Shown here: one piece after another, positions 1-13,110 of the stretch
How positions within the stretch are numbered: the stretch's first letter is position 1
Layout of the letters: each line of letters opens with the position of its first letter
From: Girardia tigrina
Lineage: Eukaryota
Assembly (NCBI GenBank): GCA_001938485.1
Contig: MQRK01220486.1
Coordinates: forward strand, 4,273-58,322
Direction of reading: 5' to 3'
Length of the DNA: 54,050 nucleotides
Notes under the pieces: model-generated
Told to the model about the DNA's origin: nothing
The model's database searches: none
Seen by the model: the letters and a program-made list of their open reading frames with translations, nothing else
Position numbers and translations under genes: made by a program

Positions 1-349
1 ATTATTGAACTTTTGTTCTAAATTATGCAAAAAGATAGAGGCCATCAAAGGCGCTAAAGGTGAACCCATAGCGATTCCATCAGTTTGCATAAACCATTCT
101 TCATTAAAAATAAATGGTAGGTTTTTAGTACTGAATTCCAATAATTCTCTTAATGCTTTACTACTCAATGACTTAGTTTTATCTTCTACCAAATTATCCC
201 ACAATTTAACACATAAATTAATGGTTTCATTCAATGGAATATTGGTGAAAAGATTTAGTATATCAAATGAAGCCATCACTTCGCGGTCTGATTCAATATT
301 CCAATTCAAAATTCGATTAACAAATTCAAAACTGTCTTCTCAATTTTAA
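1..349 (-). mobile_element. Penelope-like element reverse transcriptase fragment
   Basis: Minus-strand translation gives MASFDILNLFTNIPLNETI and FIFNEEWFMQTDGIAMGSPLAPLMASIF, typical PLE RT motifs; the listed + ORF 5..349 is its antisense shadow. Confidence 0.9.
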
Positions 350-859
350 GCCAACAGGTGTTCGATGTTCTAAAAATCGTTTGAACTCTTTTGCTCTCTC
401 TGAGTACGGTAATTTTAGATTGATAGTCATTTGATTATCAATATCATTTCCCAATACAATAGGAACATGATTAAAGGTTTGGTACATTGAGTCTTTGTAT
501 TTTATTATCTTTTCAAATATTAAATATTACGTTTAATATAAAATTAAAATTTACTTTATTAATAAATCTGTTTATGGATTTTATGTTAAACCTTAAAATT
601 TATTGTCATATAAATCATTCTTTTACCTTATTTTATGAAAATATTATTTTAACATAACCTCGAGATCTACTTTTCGAAATGAAATTATATAATTATTAAA
701 TTGATTAGATTTTAAATTCAAATATTTTATGAACTCACTAAACCTACTAACAATTATCATGTAAGAATTGCAAAAGAAATACAAAATTAAAGCAGGACGT
801 TTTTAAAAATTTTATTATTGTGAGAATAAATGATCTAAACAAGATAAAGTTTAACAGAC

Positions 860-1676
860 ATTAAATCCAAGCAGTTTGTGACTGTACTGAACTCACAGTC
901 AGAATCTTTCCAATACATATGTTTCATATTTCGTAAACTTTCCGATGTGAAACTGAAAACAGGTGTTTCTACTGGTCCATAGATGCGTTGCATGTTGGAG
1001 TCTGAAGCCTTAGAATCTAAAATGTCTGTATTGGAGAGAAATACGTGGCAAGCTTTTAAACATGTAGTGGAAGGATTCATAGAAAATAATCGAAGTGAAA
1101 ACTACATACAATTAGCGAACACCTTGGTAGAAACATATCAGCGTCTTAGATGTAGAATGTCAATCAAATTGTACTTTTTACATTTTCATTTGAATTTCTT
1201 TTAATCAAATCTGGGGACAATATGCGAAGAAAATTGAGAGAGGTCACACCAAGACATCTAAGTCTTGGAGAAACGTTACAAAGGGTGATGGGATGAATCA
1301 ATGATGAGTGATTACGTTTCGAGTGCGTTCGCAGTGACTTAAGTCAGCAAAACATTGGGAATCGCGCTCAGTCCTACAAAGTTGTGGCAAACTTGTATTT
1401 GACGAGTGAATTATAATTACTGCTGACGAACTGTTGATACATAGTACCAGTAACATGTTGTGTACCTTTATCACGATCATTATGTATACAAAATTACGAG
1501 TACAATGAAGGCTGATATTCGTTAACCATAAATTTTCTTTTTGTAACATTTTTTTTCAAACGGTTGTCACTAGAGAGAAATGGAGTTCATATTCGTATTC
1601 AGCATCCACAATTACATAAGGAAATGATAAAAAATATAAATACCTGCGACCATTATATTTTTTTGTTACGTTGTGT
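860..1676 (+). mobile_element. Decayed 3' part of a widespread metazoan DNA-transposon-like ORF (superfamily not assigned)
   Basis: KLKTGVSTGP...CRMSIKLYFLHFHLNFF*..NLG..EE..ERSHQDI resembles the common GCxMSLKIHFLHSHLDFFPxNLGxVSDEHGERFHQDI repeat family; contains stops; probable terminus TTTTGTTACGTTGTG near 1675. Confidence 0.7.
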
Positions 1677-1955
1677 TATGTATGTGTCAGTTATTGAGGT
1701 TTACGGACAGACAACATTGAACTATTCTAGTAAAAATGCTTTTTAAATTGTATAAATTAACTCAATGCAAATATAATCCTTCAAAAACTTGACTAACGAA
1801 GGTTTGTAATTTAATTAAATATCCCAAAAAACAAACTTTTCGAAAATTATTAAAATCCTTTGATGAATTGTCAAACTGAACGGAAAACATGCACCTTCAA
1901 TTTTAAGATTGAGAGATTTCATTGTATTAATTAATTTAGAATAATTATTAATGTA

Positions 1956-2122
1956 TAGGGCACGGAATTTAATGACCTTAAAAATCACAAAAAGGACTCT
2001 ATTTTATTTCCTCTCTTTCCGGGTGAGATATTATATTGTTCTTCCCCTCTGCCAATAGAGTCGCCACCGTCACCAATCCGCCGTAGTCACACCATTGTGC
2101 CACCCACTCTGTTATCAATGAT
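1956..2122 (-). mobile_element. Partial copy of the hAT-type MITE found at 16454-16663
   Basis: Near-identical reverse complement of 16500-16663, starting with TIR TAGGGCACGGAATTTAATGACCT. Confidence 0.8.
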
Positions 2123-2136
2123 TATTATTATTATTA

Positions 2137-2196
<60 letters not shown>

Positions 2197-2214
2197 GTAA
2201 TAATAATTATTATA
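2120..2214. repeat. (ATT)n/(AAT)n microsatellite
   Basis: Directly visible trinucleotide run. Confidence 0.97.
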
Positions 2215-3431
2215 ACAGAGCATTAATAATAAGAACATTAATAAGAACATTCATAATAAGAACATAGCATTCCAACCTTGTTAATGATGAATGTACCAGA
2301 GAAAATTGTTTTAGTTTTTTGGATGAATGTTTTCACAATGGCGTCTTCCAGAACAATCTTGTGTTAGTTATCTACTTACTTACTGATCTCATTGCAATTA
2401 GATCGAATTAGACACAGGACCGAGGCAAAAGATGAGTTTAAGAATAATATTATTACTATAATTAAAGGTATGGGCCCTTGTGAGGAGCATTATTCCAGTT
2501 TCTGGCAGCTTGTTATTGCAATCAATAGCAGACAGGAAGATTAAATGACGTGTAATAATTTTCTTGTCTCTGAACTTAATGTAATATTCATAATATTATT
2601 GTGTTTGAAAGTTTGGAACCATTAATTATCATTGACTGATTTACAGATTTTGATTGTAATTATGTAATTCAATAAATAATAGTTAGTAGTTCCAATACCG
2701 AACAAAATTTCAAAACTGAGATTTTGGTAATAATTATAATTAACACTGATATTCCGGTATCGATACCATTATACAATTAATAAAATAAATTTTCATAATA
2801 AAAATAAAAAAAAATTTTTTGAATTGTGGATTTTTTATTTTTGAAATTTGGATATTTGTTTATGAAATGGAATATATAATTAATCGACGAATGATTATTA
2901 TTCATATTAAAATACAAACTATGCTTGGTTCACAAAAATGTTTTTTTTTATATTTGGATAACTTACAATATTATTATTATTATTAAATTCTTCTTGATCT
3001 CAAACAAGCACTACAAAAATATTTGGCGCTATCATGGATTTTTAAAGGAAACGAGGGTTAAAGTATTTATAAAGATATTATTTAAGGAATTTGCAATTCC
3101 AAAAAATTAACAAACTTTTCAAATTCAAACTTATTTTGGTCGCAATACAAGTTTAAAATGACAATCTAGTACTGATTTTTAATAAAATCCTGAAGAGCTT
3201 GATAAGTAATATCAATATATAAATAATTTTTGAGCAAGGAACTAATTTAAGTTCATTATTAGAGTTCGAAAACCCTTTGCAATTACCGTAATGTACTAAA
3301 ATATTTTTAAGAAATTAAAGTTTGTAACACAAAAATTTTTTCCTGTATATTTTGGAAACTAAAACCACTTTGAGTACATTTTATATACGTGAGTAACCAA
3401 ATAATAAATTATAAACATTAGAAAAAATTAC

Positions 3432-6400
3432 CATAGCATAAAAGGTCATATTGAAGGTATCCAAACTGTTTGATTGAAATTCATAGGCATACTGATCCTG
3501 ATTTGCAATAGAAAATAAAAATATATAATCAATTATTTCAATATTTTACTAAAATAAAACCTGAGAATCACAAATACCAAAAGCTAAAAGGAGAATCAAA
3601 ATAATTGTTGATTTTGAGATGGATTTTACTGTTTCAATGTTTTCCTTTTCTGGCATAAAAATTTCTCCTCTTGGTCTGAAGTATTATATTAATAATAACA
3701 GATAATTTATAATTATAATCTTCAACAGTTTCTTCTTCTTCTTCTTTTGACCTTAGCCGTTGGGCCGTGGGTGCACCCAATTATAAACAAGCCTTCGTCA
3801 CATCTTTTTATTTGTAGCTTCTTTTCTCAGACATTCTATACTCAGTCCAGTCCATTCTTTTAAATCGTCCATCCATTACCTCTTTGGTCTTCCTCTTGGT
3901 CTTTCTCCTTCCACTCTTCCCTCAACAGTTTAATCATTGTAATTTAATAAAGAATATTATAAAGTAGAATAATATCACTGCTCCTTCCTAAATACATGGA
4001 GATCAATTCAACTTTATGGATATTTTTTTCTTATTTAAACAGTTTTAGAAAAATAAAAGCAAATGAAAGCGCGACAGATCAAAATCTAGGAGTGAAAGGT
4101 CAATGGGAAAATTTTATAGCTCAGTTGACTTATTTCCATTTTTCTTGGAGTGCGTTTTAGTAGATGACTATTTTCATATCGAAATAGAATATCTCTTCAT
4201 TTATGCATTGCAAGTCCTTTTTAACGTTTTTTTCTGCATCTTAGTTAGGCATAATAAACATCAGCTATAATGGTGCAATTATCCAAAAATATACACTTCA
4301 ATTAATGACCCAATGAAGTAACATTTATAACATATTTGTCTTTTGAATAGGGTTAACAAAATTTCAAAGGTTTTCATTAATTTCAAGAAGATAAATATAA
4401 CATTTGAATCATCCCTAGTTTAAAACTATTTCTTTTACTTCAAATAACTTACAAAATCAAAGCATTTTCTTCAAAAACAATTTCTGTTTATTAAATATGA
4501 GTGTTCAATCCACCCTGGGGACACAAATTATCATAAATGGAAGATAATGTCGAGAGTCTTGGGCAAATATCTAAATGCGAAATGTATCAACAATATCGAT
4601 TCCGTTATATTGGAATTCTTTTGAAAATCAAAATAATCCAAATCAAATAGAAAAATTATCAAACAACCGAATGGAATGAGGAACAAGTCAACAAATACAA
4701 AGATCAAATTGTTATCCAAAGAGTCTCGTCTTTTAATTCATTAACTTCATTCTGTTGTTTACTGAATTTTGTATCTTATTTTTAAAATTTGATGTTACCT
4801 ATTAAGATGCATTTTAATGAATAAAATAAATAACAATTAGATTATTAAAAAAGATTTTAAAAAGATAATTGCGTTAGAAATTAAAATCGTCTTTCCTTGC
4901 TCTCTTAGCGTGTATTTAAAAATTATTAAAAAAATATTTTAAAAATTAAAAAAAATATTAAAATGAAATGAAATTGAAAATTTTGGGTTGTTTAAACTTG
5001 TTAAATACAAATTGATTGTTTGTAAATTGGGTGAATTGTTAAATTTTTTTGTAAAATTCGTACGTGGCTTGTTGTCACATAATTATTGCAAAAAAGGTTC
5101 GTTGTAAAATGAAATTTGTTGAAATAAAAATTTTCGAAATATTTGAAATTTTTCGTGATACTTTTTTATTTCTGATTATGAGGGGTTAATTTAAATTTTC
5201 ATCTCGCCTGAATAATTTATTATTTTTTATTTTAAAGGGTAAAATATTTTAATGTTAATATGCTTTGTAGTGACACAAATTTTTATCAGTATTTATTAAA
5301 TATATGTACATAAAATCCTATATTTCTTATTTATAATTACAATTTTCTCGAAATGGAGACACTCTTAATCAAAATTGAATATTATTTTCTTCAAGTGATT
5401 ATAAAGCCCATTTATAAGAAAACTTCTTGATTTAACATATCGAACTTAATAATTTTATCTTAACTAATTCGGTGTTTTCTTTCAATGGATTAAATTTTTT
5501 TTGTAATTCTAGTGAACGGTCTGATTTTTTTTGAGTAAAAATTTTCATGTAAATTTGGTTTTTTTATAATGAAAAGATTGTTTAAAATATTGTACATTGT
5601 TTTAATATTGAACATTTAGAAAATACATTTTTTGAAAATTAATTATTCTTTTCGTCTGACAACTGAATCGTTAGATAATTTCCTATTTTAATATATTATC
5701 ACAATTTCCCCATGAATTTGGTGTTTATCGAGTCACATAATCGATCCGACATTCCATTGAGAATAACTGGTCGAATGAGTTTCCATTCATTCGAACTCGT
5801 CAATAACGACAACAAAATCGATAACGATAACGACAATCGAAATTCTAGTGGAAAAAATCACATTTTCGTTCACCCAAACGAACTCGTATTTCGAATCAAA
5901 GAACAATCGATGAAGAAATCGATTTATTTCAGTTATCGAATCAATTNNNNNNNNNNNNNNNATCAGTTAATCGGGAAAATTGGCCGCCAATCGGCAACAA
6001 TCAGCGACCCGGTTGCCATGGACGCCGTGTTCTCTTACGGCGACTGGTGCCGGTCCGACAACCACACGATTCCGATTGTCACTTTCACCCCGTTCGATTC
6101 TATGCGCCACTCGAACAAGAGCGATTTGTCGATCGAAGTGCTCGTGTTAGTTGATCCGAACACGAATCTCGTGATGGTGAGCAACGATCCGTGCGCACGC
6201 GCGCCGTGTCTGTGCCTGCTGTCGATCCTGCACGAGGTCTTCCACGACAACAAGTCTGTGCACCGCATGGTCATCCTAAGTGTCGACTCCCACTACGGCA
6301 TCGAGTTGAGCGCCGCCGTCGAAGCGAGCACTACGTATGCGCCGATCTTGAGCGACCTCACGGACGGTCTCTGCCACACGCTCCCGATCCTCGTAACACG

Positions 6401-9400
6401 GTTCTCATTGCACGAGCGCAGCCAAATCGAACTGCTCATCCACCAGATCGACATCGCGGACCACGAGCCGGCGATTCTCGCAATCTTCGACAATCAATCG
6501 ATTCTCGCCCGGCGAATGCCTCACGTATGGTCAGAGGATCACATCTCGTTCCTGTGTCACCTCTTCTACCATGAGTCCGACGCGATTGAAGAGATCTCCA
6601 AATGCTTATTCAATATTTTAAAATTAAAAATGATATAATAAAACAACTATTAAAAAATCAAAAACGTTTTTAAAAATAAAATATTTTTAATGTGTTTTTA
6701 TATATTTTAAAAAAATTTAAAATGATATAATAAAAGAAAATCATAAAAAATTAAATATCTATTTAAAAATAAAAAATATCTTTTAATGTATCTATTAAAT
6801 ATCTTAAAATTAAAAATGCTAAGAAAACTATAAAATTTTAAATATGTATTTAAAATATTTTAAAATAAAAATATTTTTAATAAGCAATTTTAAATAAATT
6901 TTGAAATAAATTTTCAGGATTTTAAAAATTGAATTGAAAAGAATTTAATAGATTAATCTGTAGCGAGATAATTAAATTAACTGGAAAATTTGTTTTAAAT
7001 ATGACTTGTCATAGAAATAAATTTTGGTGTTAAAAAATGAACTAGAATATCGACGTTACAACCACCTCTCACACTGATCAAACCAATATACGAATCAGCA
7101 TTATATTGGCCAAAAATTGTCAATATGTGAAAAAGTCACGGAGAAAGAGCTACAGGAAGTCACCAGTGGCAGTGGGATTTGAAACGAATGAAATCTCCAT
7201 CAAATAATAGAAAGACGAAAAAGTTAAATTCGTGATACACGCTAAGAGAGAAAGGAAAGACGATTTTATTGAAATTCTTAAATGAGTAAAAATCCCTAGG
7301 GATCAGTAATGCCTGACCGTGTGGGAAATTTTGTAAAACAGCTAGAAATACGGGAAAACTGAATTGCAGCCGAATTTTTTTCCATCGTGCTAATGATAAA
7401 TGATTGGTCATGTTTTTTCTTCATGAAATTGAAACAGTAAAGACTTCTATACTTTCAATGCTAACTAATACTATTTATAACCCTCGCATTGTTTTTCCTT
7501 TTTAGAAATTCGTACAGAAACTCAGCAGTTAACAATCTTTTTACAAGTGACTATGATTTGTAATTTACGTTTTTCTTCTTCATAAATAAATAATTTCTGA
7601 TATACTGATTCTGTGTATTGTGCCTTCTGTTAATTTATGTTATAGATTGACTTGTAGAGTAAAAGAATCTAAGTATTACCAAACATGTTTTTGCGTTTTA
7701 TTTTTGCTTCATACAATTTTTGTGATAACCTATTTCCATTTTCTGAAGGAATTATTTAGAGATAAATACCATAGATCATGGTATTTTTGATTCAGTTGAA
7801 TTACTCTGTCATTTATCTACACGACTTAATGTAACAAATCCTTGTGTTTGTTAAACAGAACAGTTTAACTGCGTCTTCATTTTTCATTTGTCCTAAAGTT
7901 ATTATTCGTATATACCAAGTTCGTACGTATTTTGTTTCAGTAATTTCAAATTATTATTCTCTATAATCACTTTATAGTCTAATCGATAAATGAGTCCACT
8001 CATCTTTTTGATATCTAGTACACCTTTTACAGCATTTGAAAATTCTTTATGCGAAGAATTTTAAAGAAACATTTTGGATTACACTGGAATGCAGATATCT
8101 CATATCTTTATCTCAGTTTTATTGCAGAGCAATTGATGTTTTATATCTTTCTGGATGCTTCGATGTTTGATTCATCTATCATTTAAAAACTTGAAATCCT
8201 CTGACATCTATCCTTTTTATATGTAACATAAATACTATTACTTTAATCAAATAGACCAATGTAGTACGACGATTGTCAGTATTAATACGAGATATTGATA
8301 GAGTTTATAATTTTCAGCTAATAGCTTTCATGGGATGTTTATGCATTTTGTCATTTTATTTGATGTTTTGATATATTCTTCTTGTTAGTGGATAAAGAAT
8401 ATTCTCAAATATTTCTTGGAGCTTGTTTTCTAATAATTGCTACGAATGTTGAACGTTTAGTTAAAGTAAAAATAGATTTCCAGTTTTGCCAGTCTCAGTC
8501 AATATTATCTGCAAATTTTAATTTCTCTTTTTTGTTCATGGTAATATCGATTTTAATATCGAATTACCATGCTTTTAAAATTTGAATTTTAAATATAAGA
8601 AATAAATGCTTTTGAAAATGGTAAAATGAAATAAAAAATTATTATTATTCTTTTCTTTTTCTTGTGCTATTTTTTCTTTTGGAATAAATTCTCTTTATCT
8701 TTTCTTTTCCCTCTCCTAAAAAACAAATCAGGTAGACTTGGTAAAAAAGAATTTTAATTACACACCACAATAAAATTTCAATAATACAATGTCAACACTT
8801 TCAATTTTTTGTGCATGAAATTAATCAAGGGTTACATTTAATTTTTGGTCTTAAACTGTTTATTACATTGAGTAACATCATTACTAAAACATCATTACAT
8901 ATTATATTAGATGACCGATTATATCAGACTAATAACGTAAAAGAATAATATTCTCAACTAAAAAAGAGAAGGTTAAATATAATAATATTATTAATAAAGA
9001 AACTTTTTTATAAAAACAACCACGTTTTTCAAGCATTACCAATGCACTAAAAAGAGGAAAATAATTTTTTTTCTAGACATGTGAGAAATTTTATACCTAA
9101 CCAAAAACGTGGGGCATAGAAANNNNNNNNNNNNNNNNNNNNNNNNNNNNNNNNNNNNNNNNNNNNNNNNNNNNNNNNNNNNNNNNNNNNNNNNNNNNNN
9201 NNNNNNNNNNNNNNNNNNNNNNNNNNNNNNNNNNNNNNNNNNNNNNNNNNNNNNNNNNNNNNNNNNNNNNNNNNNNNNNNNNNNNNNNNNNNNNNNNNNN
9301 NNNNNNNNNNNNNNNNNNNNNNNNNNNNNNNNNNNNNNNNNNNNNNNNNNNNNNNNNNNNNNNNNNNNNNNNNNNNNNNNNNNNNNNNNNNNNNNNNNNN

Positions 9401-10343
9401 NNNNNNNNNNNNNNNNNNNNNNNNNNNNNNNNNNNNNTCCCGTATAAGACATAAGCTATTTAATTATAGCATATACGGTTTATGTTTTAAAATATTATAT
9501 TGTCATCGGAAGCAAGCCTGTATAAAAAAATTCAGCTCAATTGGATGACTGAAAGTAGTCGAAAAATCAATCGCAAGATTTGTTCCAGACAGATAAACAG
9601 ACAGACAGACAAGAAACCAAGCTAAGAAAAACGTGGTAAAAAACCATTGATTATTTCAATATATACATATGTGTGTGTATAAAATGTAAAAAAATTAATT
9701 GAAAAAAAAATTTTGAAAATATTTCAATCTTCAAAATAAAATTATTTGGTAATTTGAAAGAGTTTTAACTTCATTCATGAAAATAAACGAAAAGATTGCT
9801 ATTTAATACAGTGTATAAATTTGTAGATAACCGTAAGGGTTTTTAGCAAAAAAAATTAGAAAAAATTATTTTTTTATCAAATTGTATTGTCATCGGAAGC
9901 AAGCCTGTATAAAAAAATTCAGCTCAATTGGATGACTGAAAGTGGTCGAAAAATCAATCGCAAGATTTGTTCCAGACAGACAAACAGACAAGAAAGCAAG
10001 CTAATAAAAACGTGGTAAAAACAGACAAGAAAGCAAGCTAATAAAAACGTGGTAATAAAAACACTACAATGGCTATCTTTGTGTAATAAATTGGTTTATA
10101 CAAAATATTTATAAGTTAAGATGACACCTATCACAATTCTTCTACTTTATCATAAATTTCTGTTATCCGGATTTTACATATTTTTTGCGATGCCTGAGAT
10201 ACTAAGGTTTATCATTTATAGTTTACAACAATTCAAAATTAGTCTTATTTTATAAACTTGTATGAGTTACCTTTTAACAAATCGAAGTAAATCGACAACA
10301 TTAATTCTGTTTGAATCGACTTGAAAAATTCCTTTGTAAGAAC
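3432..10343 (-). CDS. POT/PTR2 (SLC15-like) transporter paralog B, partial: exons 10343-10271, 3675-3561, 3497-3432
   Basis: GT-AG bounded exons of 73, 115 and 66 nt join in frame: GSYKGIFQVDSNRINVVDLLRFVK-R-PRGEIFMPEKENIETVKSISKSTIILILLLAFGICDSQ-DQYAYEFQSNSLDTFNMTFYAM. Sizes, phases and sequence match exons of paralog A. Confidence 0.8.
3731..3921 (-). mobile_element. 5'-truncated RTE-clade LINE (3' end only)
   Basis: Minus strand reads EGRVEGERPRGRPKR*WMDDLKEWTG; (GAA)n tail; flanked by direct repeat TCAACAGTTT at ~3722 and ~3922 (TSD). Confidence 0.88.
5712..6638 (+). CDS. Hypothetical protein, intronless GC-rich ORF (likely start MDAVFSYGDW at ~6018)
   Basis: Longest ORF in the window; 5965-6600 is strongly GC-rich with C/G-biased third positions against an AT-rich background; an N gap at 5947-5961 makes the 5' extension uncertain; no family recognised. 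Confidence 0.65.
   Translation: MNLVFIESHNRSDIPLRITGRMSFHSFELVNNDNKIDNDNDNRNSSGKNHIFVHPNELVFRIKEQSMKKSIYFSYRINXXXXXXQLIGKIGRQSATISDPVAMDAVFSYGDWCRSDNHTIPIVTFTPFDSMRHSNKSDLSIEVLVLVDPNTNLVMVSNDPCARAPCLCLLSILHEVFHDNKSVHRMVILSVDSHYGIELSAAVEASTTYAPILSDLTDGLCHTLPILVTRFSLHERSQIELLIHQIDIADHEPAILAIFDNQSILARRMPHVWSEDHISFLCHLFYHESDAIEEISKCLFNILKLKMI
6610..6900. repeat. Degenerate AT-rich tandem repeat (~90-bp unit, ~3 copies)
   Basis: Recurring TTAAAAATGATATAATAAAA...TTTAAAAATAAAATATTTTTAATG units. Confidence 0.6.
9018..10056 (+). mobile_element. Helentron/DINE-1-like non-autonomous element with duplicated ends
   Basis: Short inverted motif ACCACGTTTTT (~9020) / AAAAACGTGGT (~9628, ~10006, ~10044); (GACA)n microsatellite before the end; ~140-bp block 9499-9640 repeated at 9887-10020. 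Confidence 0.55.
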
Positions 10344-11379
10344 CTAAAATTATGGAAATAAATGTTAAGCATAAATATTTTTTTAAGATTTTAAATTATA
10401 TAATATTAAATTATGCAATTTTTATTAATGATTGTAGTGAATATTTTCGAATGGTGTTTATTGTATGTTGTGTTTGGTATGTTGTTTTTAAGATTGTGTT
10501 GTGATATTTTGAATTTTTTAAACCACTGGACTTTAAGAACAACTTTAAAATTAAATCAATTTATTTTAATCAATAAAATATAATAATATTTTAATCAAAA
10601 TATTTGACATCTATTTAAAAGATATTTAAAATATTTTTATACTATTTCATAATGTTAATATTTATTAATGATAAATAATATTATTAAGAACACCAATTTG
10701 ACTTTTCATATTTTTATACTACAAATTTAAGATTAGAGATTTATTTATTTTAAACATTTTAATTTAAAGTTTAAAAAACCCAACAATTGTGAATAATGAA
10801 AATTCTAATGCTTTATGGAAAATAATTCAGTGTCCTTTTTTACAGAACGAATAATTCAAACTGAGGAAACATTAATTCGAAATTCCTAAATTAGAAGCAG
10901 AATGTCAAAATTATGAATTTAAACATTCACATAAACTGATCGCTAGCTTTGATTCGCACTAACTCTTGAGTCCTTTTCCGTCTCTCAAACACATCAACAC
11001 ATAAAGAGCACGGGAATCGACAATGACCCGATGAGCCATCACGGATAATGTTAGCAATAATAATAACGATAATAAAGACGTCTTTGTTTGTGGTTTCGAA
11101 CTGAACTCATTCAAATTTTAATTATTATTTTTAAGCTTTTATTTTATTAATTTAATTTTTATTTCTTTTTTTATTTATTTAATTTAAATTTCTTTTTAAA
11201 ATATATATTGTTATTTTATTACTTTTTATTTGAAAATGGTTTTATATAATTAAAAAATGAAATAAAGTATCATGATTGAAAATTTAAATCAATAGATAAA
11301 AGATTAAATAATAAATAAATTGTAGAAAAATTAAAATTTAAATGACGACAATGAATTTTTAAAAGTCAAAAAATTTTCG

Positions 11380-12260
11380 TCAAAATATATTGTGATTAAT
11401 TTCGACGGATCAACCGTCATCATCAGACTGAATTAACAATGATATACTCGCGTTTATATACCAAAGCAATGTTTATGTAATCATTATGTCATTTAAATCA
11501 TGAAAATACTTTCAATAAAGTTGAAGAGGATGGTGTTTGGACATTGATTTTAGGATCAAAGGATTTGATCAACAATTCTTCACACATCGCCCTCTCCCGG
11601 TAATTATCAAATTGTGAACACAAAATCTTAAAATTACTTACATTAACTTTACTATTCAAACAGTTCTTCTTATGTTGAGTAATATTGCTATCACTTTCCC
11701 GGCGATTATGTTCCTGAATGCGTTTACAGAGATGACGACAAGTCTCTCCGATGTATGTAGTGTCACACCCATTACATTTATATTGATAAACTAAATTGAA
11801 ACATAACTAAAAACTAATTGGAGTGATAGATTTACTACTAAACAAACTTCCTATCTTACATGATCTAGATACAATTTTTAAATTTAATAAATTAGTTTCA
11901 TCATGTTTCAAAATAGAGTTTTTGAATTTCATGAAACCCTCAGAGTAGGGAACAGTCAAAACAAAACCAATATTATCATAATTATTATTTATCTGATTTT
12001 TGTTTTTGTCGCTATTTATTGTATTGGATTTTTCATTTTTATTTTCCGACTTAATTAATTTATCGACAGTTTCACGAGTTAATTTTTCAACTATCGATTT
12101 GGAATATCCATTTTTATGAAGTAAATTCATTAACTTATCAATATTTTCATTACATTTAGCGTACGTAGACGAAAGTGTCCAAGATCTATAGATCAAATCT
12201 TTTATCATACTTCTTTTATATTTAGGTTCACAAAAACTGTTAGGAGTTGTATCAGTTTTC
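11380..12260 (-). mobile_element. Penelope-like element 3' part (RT thumb, GIY-YIG endonuclease, pLTR)
   Basis: ORF 11807..12208 plus YQYKCNGCDTTYIGETCRHLCKRIQEH; paralogous to 28300-29230 and 47100-47850. Confidence 0.9.
11391..11430 (-). ncRNA. Minimal type I hammerhead ribozyme motif
   Basis: Minus strand: CTGATGA-T-GACGG-ttgat-CCGTC-GAAA-TTA-ATC; core, 5-bp stem II, palindromic stem III, AUC site; stem I short. Confidence 0.8.
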
Positions 12261-12329
12261 TTTCTATAGATGATACCATTTATTTACTGATAATTAAATT
12301 ATTTTATTGATTTTTTTATTAAATAATCT

Positions 12330-13110
12330 TATTGACCATTCAATCTTTTTACTGACTTATTAAATCCATGCCTTATTTATTGCTCCGGCTGTCCCCACTT
12401 CTGCCGAGGAGCTGTATTTTAGGTGATTATTTCTAATTCCCGATTCTGCATATTTTTTATCTTTAGTAGCCACGAATCTTTGATTGATTCATCGTCTCCG
12501 GATTTTTTATCCCTATACCGTCGTTTATTTTATCCCAATCATCAGTAATTATTGCTATCAGTATTTTGCTGTCTTATTCTCCCAATTTGTATTCATTGTA
12601 TAACCTTCACTTTTTTATGACCTCTATTAATAATCTCTTGCATTCAATTTTCCTACAGTTTCTTCTTACACGCCCCTGTTGTCCACAACACAGCGTCTTA
12701 TTGGCTTCCTTTCAGGACAATTTCTTATGTTTCCTTCTTTACGATATCTAAAAGATCAGATTGGTTCTCGATGTTTACACATTTCACTTATGTGACACTC
12801 TTTCTCAACAGTTCGAAATTTTACCAGTTTTATATCTCCAGCATATTCAGTAGTATTTGCTCTACTAACCCCTGTTCAATTTTGTCGGTACTAACTGCTG
12901 TTTTGGGTCACTGCATCTTGAGAGCTCCGGGATCTGTTTTGCAATTTGTTGTTTCTCATCACATTCACGTCTTCTGTCACAATTTCTACGTCATGGACTG
13001 CTATTATCATATCTTTACATTGAAATCCCTAGGTTTACCCAGATATTGACCGGTGGTAGCAGCGATACAGTTTTGTCGCGGCTCGAATATTTCATGGTCG
13101 TACTGGGCCC
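12330..13110 (-). mobile_element. Decayed LTR-retrotransposon gag remnant
   Basis: Degenerate zinc knuckle (CGQQGRVRRNCR) near 12660-12700; many stops. Confidence 0.45.

Larger units (their letters stand above)
4883..7267. repeat. 33-bp inverted repeat pair (4883-4915 and 7235-7267), transposon-terminus-like
   Basis: AAAATCGTCTTTCCTTGCTCTCTTAGCGTGTAT versus the reverse complement of ATACACGCTAAGAGAGAAAGGAAAGACGATTTT: one mismatch. Confidence 0.85.

Noticed and set aside
4452-4719. Hydrophobic ORF 4531..4719 and a possible 31-nt exon as extra exons of paralog B
   Set aside because: No consistent splice phases, no counterpart in paralog A, and the neighbouring exons join directly in frame.
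6035-6574. Overlapping ORFs 6035..6274(-), 6191..6574(+), 6293..6493(-)
   Set aside because: Shadow frames expected in GC-rich coding sequence.
5266-7059. TGTAGTG...GTTACA as a solo LTR enclosing the orphan ORF
   Set aside because: No matching TSD (TGCTT versus ACCAC).
7600-8550. Possible ancient LINE RT remnant
   Set aside because: Too degraded to give a convincing motif.
9036-9452. ORFs 9036..9452, 9109..9447 and similar ones at 32018-32908
   Set aside because: Artefacts of N gaps.
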